IMG/VR virus record: IMGVR_UViG_3300028883_000003 | Location: 54,181-118,180 of that record | DNA: 64,000 bases | Source of the DNA: a virus | Reading direction: 5' to 3' (one strand) | In this document: positions 47,616 through 55,867 of the stretch, piece by piece | Numbering within the stretch: the stretch's first letter is position 1 | Layout: every line of letters starts with the position of its first letter | Made by a program: the position numbers and the translations under genes | The notes under the pieces: generated by a model | What the model was told of the DNA's origin: nothing | Seen by the model: the letters and a program-made list of their open reading frames with translations, nothing else | Database searches by the model: none

Positions 47616-48005
47616 ATGAGAAAAGTAGCGATTTTAAAATGTAAAGGGTATGTTACTGACGCGGATGGGTACGACAAAAATATCAACCATTTTGTGAATG
47701 CTACCGACTTTGACGAAGTAGATGATGACACATATAGAAAGTTGTGGGATTTTTGTCGTAGAAAAAGTAAGCATAACTACAGAACAGGTGAATTTGAGAT
47801 GTATGTATTAATTGAGAAGTACGAAGAGCCTGTTTCAAAAACTATTGCTGAATACACAGAGATGGTTGAAAACGAAAAAAAGCTTGAGGCTAAAAGAAAA
47901 AAGGAATATGAAAAACAAAAAAAATTAGAGGCTAAGAAGAAGAAAGAGGCTAAGGAAGCTAAAGAACGTAAAAAGTTAGAGGAACTTAAAAAGAAGTACG
48001 GTTAA
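47616..48005 (+). CDS. Hypothetical protein with a K/E-rich C-terminus
   Basis: AGGAGA ribosome binding site; first gene of the rightward operon. Confidence 0.7.
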   Translation: MRKVAILKCKGYVTDADGYDKNINHFVNATDFDEVDDDTYRKLWDFCRRKSKHNYRTGEFEMYVLIEKYEEPVSKTIAEYTEMVENEKKLEAKRKKEYEKQKKLEAKKKKEAKEAKERKKLEELKKKYG

Positions 48006-48006
48006 T

Positions 48007-48369
48007 ATGATTTACAAAAAAGATGAATACACAATAGAAATCCAATACTCAACTGGTGACAGTTTTGGCATATACGATGAAACCAGAACTATTGAGTTTA
48101 CTTTTAAAAATTTGGATACTGGTAAAGCAATATTACAACGAATTAAAGAGCATTATCAATATTGGTATGCACAGGAATATGCATATCATAAAGAGGTTCC
48201 CTCAAAACCTGATTGGATAAAAAAGGGTGATAGTGAATCTACAATTAGATTTTTATTAGATGATGGCAAAGAAGTACAAATGTGCCCATTTTGGATAGGG
48301 TATTTTAATAGGCTATATGGTGCTGAGATTGTAAATGTTAAAGAAGAAGACACTAAATTGGAGTTTTAG
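48007..48369 (+). CDS. Hypothetical protein
   Basis: 120 aa, tightly packed in the operon. Confidence 0.7.
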   Translation: MIYKKDEYTIEIQYSTGDSFGIYDETRTIEFTFKNLDTGKAILQRIKEHYQYWYAQEYAYHKEVPSKPDWIKKGDSESTIRFLLDDGKEVQMCPFWIGYFNRLYGAEIVNVKEEDTKLEF

Positions 48370-48372
48370 AAG

Positions 48373-48648
48373 ATGAATGGTTTATTAATAATTTTATTTG
48401 CTGTTATATCAACTCTTATTAGAGGCTGGGTGTTCGCTGTTTTGTGGTTGTGGTTCTTTGTTCCCACTTTTAATCTACCAGAAATATCTATACCAGCAGC
48501 AATAGGCATGCTGTTGCCTTTGCAGATGATTGTTTGGTTTAGGAAAAATAGGGATAATGAGGAAATAAAGTTGGATGATGCTTTTTATGCAATCGAATTT
48601 CCTTTGGTTATTTTATTGGTTGGTTGGGTTGTTAGTTTATTTATGTAA
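48373..48648 (+). CDS. Small membrane protein (about 3 TM helices)
   Basis: Hydrophobic segments throughout. Confidence 0.7.
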   Translation: MNGLLIILFAVISTLIRGWVFAVLWLWFFVPTFNLPEISIPAAIGMLLPLQMIVWFRKNRDNEEIKLDDAFYAIEFPLVILLVGWVVSLFM

Positions 48649-48663
48649 TATAAAGGAGTAATT

Positions 48664-49281
48664 ATGGAAGACTGGAAACAAAACAAAATTATTGAAGCGA
48701 TTGAAACAATTAAAAAAGAAGAAGCCCGTCAATTTGCAATTGTATATGCTAGCCTAGATGAAAATACGCATGGTTATTTGCAAGAACTTCCGCAAAAACA
48801 ACAGGTGTGGTTTGAAGAAGCCGACAAAGAATTCTTGGCTGAACTCAAAAAGAGATATGGTTGGGATAGAGTATCTGCATGGAATGGCAAAACCTTTTAT
48901 GAGACTAGATTACCTTATTTGGGATTAGACGGAATGTTGCAGTTATTTAATTCTGATTATCCTGAAGGTAAAATTAATGTAGAATTTATGGAACTTGGAA
49001 GTAAAACGGTTGTTGTTGCTACAGTAACAGCGGGTGAAAAGAAAAGTATGGGTGTTGTAGATTTAGAATATAAGATTGGCCCTGATAAAAAAATTGTAAA
49101 GGATGAAAATGGAAAGCCTGTTTTTGCTAATGTTGAAATACCTGTTTCAAATGCTATACGTAAAGCTCTTGGCTACTTTAAGTACGGTCGGTTCCCTACT
49201 CACAAAACGGAATACGGGGACCATCCTTTAGTAATCAAGTTCAGGGAGTTTATGCTTAATGAGAAAAATTCAAACGTTTAA
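48664..49281 (+). CDS. Hypothetical protein, possibly a Rad52/Sak-like annealing protein
   Basis: YLGLDGM...VVVATVT...SNAIRKALG weakly recalls single-strand annealing proteins; the functional call is uncertain. Confidence 0.4.
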   Translation: MEDWKQNKIIEAIETIKKEEARQFAIVYASLDENTHGYLQELPQKQQVWFEEADKEFLAELKKRYGWDRVSAWNGKTFYETRLPYLGLDGMLQLFNSDYPEGKINVEFMELGSKTVVVATVTAGEKKSMGVVDLEYKIGPDKKIVKDENGKPVFANVEIPVSNAIRKALGYFKYGRFPTHKTEYGDHPLVIKFREFMLNEKNSNV

Positions 49282-49804
49282 TGCCAGTTGTTTAAGGGAA
49301 ATAGCTGAACCAGTTTTATTTGAAGAGATTTGTTTATTCCAGCAAGAGCAGGGTGAAACATATGAACTAGTTCAGGAAATGAAAGAAATATTGGCTAAAT
49401 CAGGTAATGGTTTAGGTTTGTCCGCTCCCCAAGTCGGGGTAATGAGTAGGGTGATTGTTATGAAGAGTTCTGATGAGGAGATTTTTCATGTAATTAATCC
49501 TAAAATAGTTGGGTTAGATAAAGAAAACTTATCTGTTTCTTATGAAGGCTGTTTGTCTTTGCCAACTATTTTTGCTCATGTTCACCGACCCGCACAGGTG
49601 ACTGTTGAATACAATTACACTAACCCTGTTCCTACTACGGCTGTTTTCGATGGATTAGAGGCTACTGTATTTTTGCATGAATTTGATCACTTGAATGGCA
49701 TTTTATTTGTTGATAGGTGTTTGAATAGAAATCAAAGACGGCTTATGAGCAAGCAGTTTAAATTAGAAGTTCAACAAATTGAGATATTGGAAGGTTATGA
49801 ATGA
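49259..49804 (+). CDS. def: Peptide deformylase
   Basis: All three motifs present: GLGLSAPQVG, EGCLSLP, HEFDHLNG. Confidence 0.95.
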   Translation: MRKIQTFNASCLREIAEPVLFEEICLFQQEQGETYELVQEMKEILAKSGNGLGLSAPQVGVMSRVIVMKSSDEEIFHVINPKIVGLDKENLSVSYEGCLSLPTIFAHVHRPAQVTVEYNYTNPVPTTAVFDGLEATVFLHEFDHLNGILFVDRCLNRNQRRLMSKQFKLEVQQIEILEGYE

Positions 49805-50145
49805 AGATTTTAATTTGCGGGAGTAGATCATATGAGGATTATACCCATTTTTGTTCCCAAATGACTCCTTACACTGGTCTAGCTCATACTATTATTCATG
49901 GTGGTGCACGAGGTGCTGATTCTTTAGCGGATAGGTGGGGTAAGTACTACAAAATGCATATTGAAGTTTTTAAGCCAAATTGGGATAAATATGGCAAACG
50001 GGCTGGATTTATGAGAAATCAGGAAATGATAGACACAAAACCTGATCTGGTTATTGCTTTTTGGGATGGTGTTTCAAAAGGCACCAGAGATACAATAAGC
50101 AGAGCCAAAATTAGAAAAATAGATACATTAATTATTTACGTATAA
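49801..50145 (+). CDS. SLOG-family protein (YspA/DUF2493-like)
   Basis: ILICGSR...IIHGGARGAD...W...GKRAG..RN..M...AFWDG.SKGT. Confidence 0.85.
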   Translation: MKILICGSRSYEDYTHFCSQMTPYTGLAHTIIHGGARGADSLADRWGKYYKMHIEVFKPNWDKYGKRAGFMRNQEMIDTKPDLVIAFWDGVSKGTRDTISRAKIRKIDTLIIYV

Positions 50146-50149
50146 GAAA

Positions 50150-50226
50150 GGGCGTGAAATAGGTTTCGACAGTATTTGACATGGGTTGAGTATTGGACGC
50201 CGGGGCAGTTCCGGCCACGTCCACCA
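50150..50226 (+). ncRNA. ssrA: Mini-tmRNA: tRNA-like domain only, no mRNA-like domain
   Basis: Acceptor stem GGGCGTG/CACGTCC with G3-U70; ACCA end; AAATAGGTTTCGAC tmRNA 5' motif; T-arm GCCGG-GGCAGTT-CCGGC; helix 2 closed by a 4-nt loop. Confidence 0.85.
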
Positions 50227-50241
50227 AAATAAGGACAGTAT

Positions 50242-50514
50242 ATGGACCTAACAAGGCGTGAACTAACTGACAAGATTCAGTTGCTTGGCAAGGATAAGAT
50301 TAATTGGGGTATGGTAGGTAGACTTCTAGCTGTGTTTAAGTTGCAACATGTAAATCGTTGTTGTGATTTAATGCCGGAAAAAATATGGGAAAACTTTACG
50401 CCCACTAACAAAATAAAATATCTTTGGGCTATATGTAGAAGCGAAGCAAGCAAGGATGATTATATTCGTAAGGACAAGGATAGATGTTTTAATTTAGAGG
50501 ATTTCAAACTGTAA
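50242..50514 (+). CDS. Hypothetical protein
   Basis: 90 aa, AGGAC ribosome binding site. Confidence 0.6.
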   Translation: MDLTRRELTDKIQLLGKDKINWGMVGRLLAVFKLQHVNRCCDLMPEKIWENFTPTNKIKYLWAICRSEASKDDYIRKDKDRCFNLEDFKL

Positions 50515-50538
50515 AAATACAACCCTTTAGGAGGAATA

Positions 50539-53364
50539 ATGGATATAAGTAGACAAATTTTATCTGACATTATAGTTTTTATGAAATATGCCCGTTATGA
50601 CAAAAAAAAGAAAAGACGTGAGACATGGGAAGAGATCATTGACAGATATAAAAAGATGATGATAAAGAAATATCCTAAACTTAAAGAGGAGATTGAGGAA
50701 AATTGTAAATATTTGTATGAGAAAAAAGTTCTTCCTTCGGCAAGGGCTTTACAGTTTGGTGGTAAAGCAATGGAAAAAAATCCAGTAAGGGGATTTAATT
50801 GCAGTGCTGTTTTAGCAAATACTCCAGAGGTTTTTTCGGAAGTTATGTTTTTGCTCCTTTCTGGTACTGGGGTAGGTTTTAGTGTGCAACAACATCATAT
50901 TGCCCAATTACCAGAAATTTACAAGCCTAAGAAAAAACGTAGACATCTTATTGGAGACAGTATTGAAGGTTGGGCCGAAGCCGTTGGAGTTCTTATTGAT
51001 GCATACACTGGTAACCGAAAGTCTTTACCAATATTTGATTTTAGTGACATTAGACCAAAAGGTACACCACTAAAAACTAGCGGGGGTGTAGCTCCGGGTC
51101 CTGATGATTTAAAAGTTTGTTTAGTGCATCTACAAAATATTTTGGATTCAAAAAAAGATGGGGAAAAATTAACTTCCTTAGAAGTTTTAGATATGATGTG
51201 TCATATTGCTTCTTGTGTTGTGTCTGGTGGTGTTCGTAGAAGTAGCTTATTGGCTTTGTTTTCTTTTGATGATGAGGATGTAAAGTATTGTAAAACTGGT
51301 AATTGGCAAATAGAAAATCCGCAAAGAGCAATGGTTAATATTTCTGCTTCAATTTTACGACACCAGATTAGTGAAGAAGAGTTTAAGGAATATGTTGAAA
51401 CGATTAAAAATAGTAAGTTTGGCGAGCCGGGTATATTTTTAACAAATTCAAAAAACGCACTTACCAATCCGTGTATTCCTTCTTGGGCATATGTGTTAGT
51501 CAAGAAAGATAATGATAGTTGCTTGTCTACTATTAAAGATTTAAAAATTGGGGATTTTATTTGGACAAAAGAAGGCTGGTCCAAGGTTATTAATATTCAA
51601 TCTTCTGGTACTCAAGAGGTGTATAAGTATGGAACTACTTATGGTTCATTATACTGTACTAAAGAACACAATGTTTTATCAAACGGTGTTAAAGTAATGG
51701 CAGCCGATGCAGATGTTTTAGATGTTTTAACTGGTCCTGTTGAGGTTTCCGGAGAACTGAATCCTAAAGATGTTATGGATGGTTTGGTTATTGGTGATGG
51801 GTCAGTACACAAGGCATCAAATAATTTAGTTTATTTAGGTATAGGGACCAGAGATCAAGATTATTTTGATTCTGAAATAAAGGGATTGATTAAGACATAT
51901 AGGCCGGGGTTATCTGAGGTGTCTTATGAAATTGACACAACGGTTAGTTTTAAAGAGTTACCAAAAACATATGAAAGAACAATCCCTATTCGTTTTGTTA
52001 ATGGAAATAGTCTAAAGAAGAGAGGATTTTTAAGGGGTTTATTTTCTGCTAATGGTTCAGTTTGTGGTAATAGAGTTACCTTAAAGGCAACATCTAAAGT
52101 ATTAGTGGATCAAGTTCAATTTTTATTATCTTCTTTAGGTATTCATTCATACTATACTACAAATAAAGAACAGGAAATAAAATTTGTCAACGGTGTTTAT
52201 AGATGCAAACAATCTTATGATGTTAATATAACGTCCGACCGAGAGGTATTTACTAAACTCATTGGGTTTATCCAAAAATACAAGATGGATAAAATTAAAT
52301 TGGTTCCAACACCAAACATTAAAAATTCATATGATGTAAAAGAAAGGGAATTAGTTTCTATAGAGGAAGTATTTGATATCACAGTTGATAATACGTCTCA
52401 TACATTTTGGTGCAATGGTTTTAATATTTTTAACTGTGGAGAAGCAGCATTATCGGAAGGGACGATGTTTTGCAATTTAACATCAATTAACACAACAGAT
52501 ATTAATGACCAAAATGAGTTTAATCAACGGGCGAGAGTGGCTTCGTTTTTTGGAACATTACAAGCTGGTTTTACAGATTTCCACTTGTTAAGAGAGGTGT
52601 GGAAAGAGGAGACTGAAAAGGACGCTCTCATTGGTGTAAGTTTAGCGGGGGTTGCATCTGGTTGTATTTTAAATTTAGATGTAAAAGAAGCTGCTACCAA
52701 TGTTCTAGAAGAAAACGAACGTGTGGCTAAACTAATTGGCATTAACAAAGCGGCCAGAACAAATCTTGAAAAACCGGATGGAACTGTGTCCTCAGTACTT
52801 GGCTGTTCGTCTGGTATACACGCTTATCATTCTCCCTATTATATTCGTCGTGTGCGAGTGTTAAAAACAGAATCAATATACCATTATCTTAAAGATAATC
52901 ACCCTGAGTTAATTGAAGATGATGTAATGAAGCCAAGTATTCAAGCAGTTATATCAATTCCTATTAAAGCACCTGATGGTGCTATAACACGAAGAGAAAC
53001 AGCTTTGCAATTGTTTAATCGCATCAAACGGTTGTATAAAGATTGGGTTTTACCGGGGCATAGACACGGACAAAATACCCATTCTATTTCTTGTACAGTT
53101 ACAGTGAAAAAACACGAATGGGATAAAGTTAAAGAGTGGATGTGGGAAAATCGGAACAATTATGCTTCAATTACGTTGTTCCCTTATGAAGAACCGGATT
53201 ACCCTCAGCTTCCTTTTGAGGAAATCACTGAAGAAAAATACAACGAATTGATAAAAACATTGAAACAAATTGATCTTTCCCGTGTTATAGAAGAACAGGA
53301 CAATACAAAACTACAGAGCGAGGTAGCCTGCTCCGGTGGAAGTTGTACAATAACAGAGGTTTAA
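50539..53364 (+). CDS. nrdJ: Class II (B12-dependent) ribonucleotide reductase with an intein
   Basis: KYAR...RETW, GFNC, GGVRRS, TNP|CGE, KPDGT and C-terminal ACSGGSC; no ATP cone. Confidence 0.92.
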   Translation: MDISRQILSDIIVFMKYARYDKKKKRRETWEEIIDRYKKMMIKKYPKLKEEIEENCKYLYEKKVLPSARALQFGGKAMEKNPVRGFNCSAVLANTPEVFSEVMFLLLSGTGVGFSVQQHHIAQLPEIYKPKKKRRHLIGDSIEGWAEAVGVLIDAYTGNRKSLPIFDFSDIRPKGTPLKTSGGVAPGPDDLKVCLVHLQNILDSKKDGEKLTSLEVLDMMCHIASCVVSGGVRRSSLLALFSFDDEDVKYCKTGNWQIENPQRAMVNISASILRHQISEEEFKEYVETIKNSKFGEPGIFLTNSKNALTNPCIPSWAYVLVKKDNDSCLSTIKDLKIGDFIWTKEGWSKVINIQSSGTQEVYKYGTTYGSLYCTKEHNVLSNGVKVMAADADVLDVLTGPVEVSGELNPKDVMDGLVIGDGSVHKASNNLVYLGIGTRDQDYFDSEIKGLIKTYRPGLSEVSYEIDTTVSFKELPKTYERTIPIRFVNGNSLKKRGFLRGLFSANGSVCGNRVTLKATSKVLVDQVQFLLSSLGIHSYYTTNKEQEIKFVNGVYRCKQSYDVNITSDREVFTKLIGFIQKYKMDKIKLVPTPNIKNSYDVKERELVSIEEVFDITVDNTSHTFWCNGFNIFNCGEAALSEGTMFCNLTSINTTDINDQNEFNQRARVASFFGTLQAGFTDFHLLREVWKEETEKDALIGVSLAGVASGCILNLDVKEAATNVLEENERVAKLIGINKAARTNLEKPDGTVSSVLGCSSGIHAYHSPYYIRRVRVLKTESIYHYLKDNHPELIEDDVMKPSIQAVISIPIKAPDGAITRRETALQLFNRIKRLYKDWVLPGHRHGQNTHSISCTVTVKKHEWDKVKEWMWENRNNYASITLFPYEEPDYPQLPFEEITEEKYNELIKTLKQIDLSRVIEEQDNTKLQSEVACSGGSCTITEV
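51472..52434 (+). mobile_element. Intein (321 aa) with a LAGLIDADG homing endonuclease
   Basis: Starts at Cys after TNP and ends at IFN before the extein Cys. Block B CTKEH; DGLVIGDGSV and FLRGLFSANGSV; block F VFDITV. Confidence 0.92.
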
Positions 53365-53382
53365 TTAAGGAAAGGGTGGATA

Positions 53383-53634
53383 ATGAAAACGACAGTAGAC
53401 ATTAGTAAACAAGATATTGATGTAGCCGTTCAAAAGCACATCAAAGAATTGGAAAAGGAGATTGAAGTACTTAAACGAAAGAATAAAAAACAGGAAAAAG
53501 AACTTTACAAATATCGTCAGTTTGTCAAAAGTACTAAAGCTGTTAAAGAAAAAATTGATGATTTAAGTGAGAGTCTTGTTTGGTTGATGGAAGATGCTAC
53601 CTTTATTGATTTGGGAACCTATCAAAGGTGTTAA
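53383..53634 (+). CDS. Hypothetical coiled-coil protein
   Basis: 83 aa with a ribosome binding site. Confidence 0.6.
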   Translation: MKTTVDISKQDIDVAVQKHIKELEKEIEVLKRKNKKQEKELYKYRQFVKSTKAVKEKIDDLSESLVWLMEDATFIDLGTYQRC

Positions 53635-53639
53635 AAAAA

Positions 53640-53795
53640 TTGAAAACAAAATTGAAAAAACTATTTAATTACTTAACTAGTAAATGTCCAAAATGTGGTG
53701 GCAAATTACGAGATAAGTACAGAATAGAGGTTGATGGTATTGCTGAAATTGTTGAGACTTGTACAAAGTGTACGTATGAAAAGAGAGTATTCTAA
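53640..53795 (+). CDS. Small zinc-ribbon protein (51 aa)
   Basis: Not in the track. TTG start, CPKC...CTKC, and the stop abuts the helicase start at 53796. Confidence 0.6.
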   Translation: MKTKLKKLFNYLTSKCPKCGGKLRDKYRIEVDGIAEIVETCTKCTYEKRVF

Positions 53796-55103
53796 TTGAA
53801 CTTAGATTTAAAATTCCTTGCTAGTTTAATGGTTGACCCTAAAAAAGTTAGTCAGTTAGAAAAAGAAGTATCTGCTGATGATTTTAGTGATAACATTTAT
53901 TATGAAATTTATACTAGTATTATAGATTTTGTAGTAAACAACCAACCACCATCTTATTCTGATCTTAAGTTTAAGTTTAAGACAGATGGTTTATTAATAG
54001 ACCTGATAAATGAGATGGAAACAATGGAAGTGGTTAATAACATCAAACCACTTTATGATGAGCTTTGTGCAGAATCTCAGAAGAGGAAATTAGAATCTTT
54101 AATTCAAAGGATAGAATATGGGTTGGATCGAAAGGAAGATGTAAAAGAAATTCTAAATGATATAGAATCTTCTGTCCTTAATATCAATTTACAAACAGGA
54201 GTGAGGCTAAATAGCTCTGCCAGTTTAGGTTCTGAGTTCATAAAGAACTTGCAGGATAAAAAAGAAAAATATCAGCAACTCCAAGGGCTGCAAGGAGTTA
54301 TAGATATAACGACTGGTTTTGTAGGATTAGATTTACATACATTGGGAATGAAACGAAAGTCTACGTGGGTATTAGGTGGAGCAACCAGCGACGGAAAATC
54401 GGAGTGGGCTGTTCAGATGATGAATTCTGTGGTCAGTTCAGGAAAACAAGTGCTATATTTTATGTTGGAGGATAGTTGTGAAAACTTAATGTGTCGCATA
54501 TTATCTTTGAAAACAGGTATTCCTATCCAAAAAATAATGATTGGTGATTTAAGTACCAAGCAGTTAAATGACATTATCAGTGCTGAACAAACATTAAAAC
54601 ACAAGTTCTTTGTTGAAGAAGATGTGAGTGACATAAATGATATTTGTATAATAAGTCAATTTGCTAAACTAAAACATCCAAATTTAAGTTTGGTTATTGT
54701 GGATCATATTAATCTTTCAACTGATCGTATGAATAAGTCTAACAACAGAGAACAGGAAATTGGTGGGTCATCTAAGAAACTGGTTCGATTGGCTAAAAAA
54801 TTAGATATTGGTGTTTTGATTTTACAGCAGCTTAACACTAATCCTGACGAGCGAACGAAAGGATTACCGGTAACTGTAAATGATTTAAGAGATTGCAAGT
54901 CAACCAGCCATGATTCAGCTGTTACACTTTTGTTAAACTGCCCCGATAAGTATAAAGATGAGGCTGGTTATAGCAAAAAACATACACAACTTATTATTGC
55001 GAAGAATAGATATGGAGAAGTAAACCAATTTATAGATATGACAAACTATGCAGCAGTGGGCAAATTTGTTGAAGGATTACCTAAACACAAACTACAAAAA
55101 TAA
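53796..55103 (+). CDS. dnaB: DnaB-like replicative helicase
   Basis: GGATSDGKS, LYFMLED, VIVDHI, QQLN, DLRD and IIAKNRYG. Confidence 0.92.
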   Translation: MNLDLKFLASLMVDPKKVSQLEKEVSADDFSDNIYYEIYTSIIDFVVNNQPPSYSDLKFKFKTDGLLIDLINEMETMEVVNNIKPLYDELCAESQKRKLESLIQRIEYGLDRKEDVKEILNDIESSVLNINLQTGVRLNSSASLGSEFIKNLQDKKEKYQQLQGLQGVIDITTGFVGLDLHTLGMKRKSTWVLGGATSDGKSEWAVQMMNSVVSSGKQVLYFMLEDSCENLMCRILSLKTGIPIQKIMIGDLSTKQLNDIISAEQTLKHKFFVEEDVSDINDICIISQFAKLKHPNLSLVIVDHINLSTDRMNKSNNREQEIGGSSKKLVRLAKKLDIGVLILQQLNTNPDERTKGLPVTVNDLRDCKSTSHDSAVTLLLNCPDKYKDEAGYSKKHTQLIIAKNRYGEVNQFIDMTNYAAVGKFVEGLPKHKLQK

Positions 55104-55111
55104 GAGGCATT

Positions 55112-55663
55112 ATGTACGAAGAAGAAGACGAAGAAGCATCGGGTGGTAGCTCCAATATAATTAATTTGTCTACTAGAACAATTGTTTTGTATGACTTTAT
55201 TGACGAAAATATTTCTGCCAATGTTGCGAATAGTCTAAGTTTGTTAGACTCAATTAGAGAGGCACCTATACAAATAAAGATAAATAGTATGGGTGGTTTA
55301 ATGGTGGATTCTCAGTCCATTATTTCTGATATAATGTCTTGCAAAAATAAGGTTATAACTGACATTACCGGCTGTGCTTATTCTGGTGCAGCTATGATTG
55401 CTTTAGCTGGAACTTATCGTAAAATTTCTAAATTAGGTCTAATGATGTTGCACTACCCTAATTGGGAAACTGAAACAATGTCGTTAAAGCAGCATAAATT
55501 AGATGTTGCTGTAATGAGCGAGTATTTTAAACGAATAATGGTTGAGCTTTTGAAGGATACAAAAATTGACATTACTAAGTTTTCAAGAATGGCAGCTAAG
55601 GGTGATGTGTATTTGACACCTGAAGAATGTTTTAAGTTAGGAATAGTTCATGAAATCTATTAA
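55112..55663 (+). CDS. clpP: ClpP-like serine protease
   Basis: INSMGG, AYSGAAMI (Ser), MLHYP (His) and GDVYLTPEEC..LGIV (Asp). Confidence 0.88.
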   Translation: MYEEEDEEASGGSSNIINLSTRTIVLYDFIDENISANVANSLSLLDSIREAPIQIKINSMGGLMVDSQSIISDIMSCKNKVITDITGCAYSGAAMIALAGTYRKISKLGLMMLHYPNWETETMSLKQHKLDVAVMSEYFKRIMVELLKDTKIDITKFSRMAAKGDVYLTPEECFKLGIVHEIY

Positions 55664-55859
55664 ACATATACGTGTCCGTAAGATATTAGGGCGTATTGTA
55701 ATAGATACCACATATTATGGTTATTCTTGGACTATACACAAAGATTTTATTCCTAGGGTGTTTAAAAATGGTCATACGTTATTTGGTTTATGGGTAATTT
55801 TGTTAATATTTACTTCTAACAAGGTTGAGTCATTAGTAGACTTGTTAGAAAAGGATTAA
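55650..55859 (+). CDS. Small hypothetical protein
   Basis: 69 aa, coupled overlap, hydrophobic patch. Confidence 0.5.
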   Translation: MKSIKHIRVRKILGRIVIDTTYYGYSWTIHKDFIPRVFKNGHTLFGLWVILLIFTSNKVESLVDLLEKD

Positions 55860-55867
55860 GGAGACTT

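Noticed and set aside
47504-47731. N-terminal extension of the recombinase given by the ORF track
   Set aside because: It overlaps the divergent gene and promoter region; the ATG at 47503 has a good AAGGAG site and starts the SAM-like domain.
50150-50226. Ordinary tRNA-Ala
   Set aside because: No D-stem, no 7-nt anticodon loop or Ala anticodon; the 5' GGTTTCGAC and GGAC linker are tmRNA signatures.
50242-50514. Downstream ORF as the tag-coding piece of a split tmRNA
   Set aside because: It has its own ribosome binding site and ATG, is 90 aa, lacks an Ala-rich tag end, and I see no pairing to helix 2.
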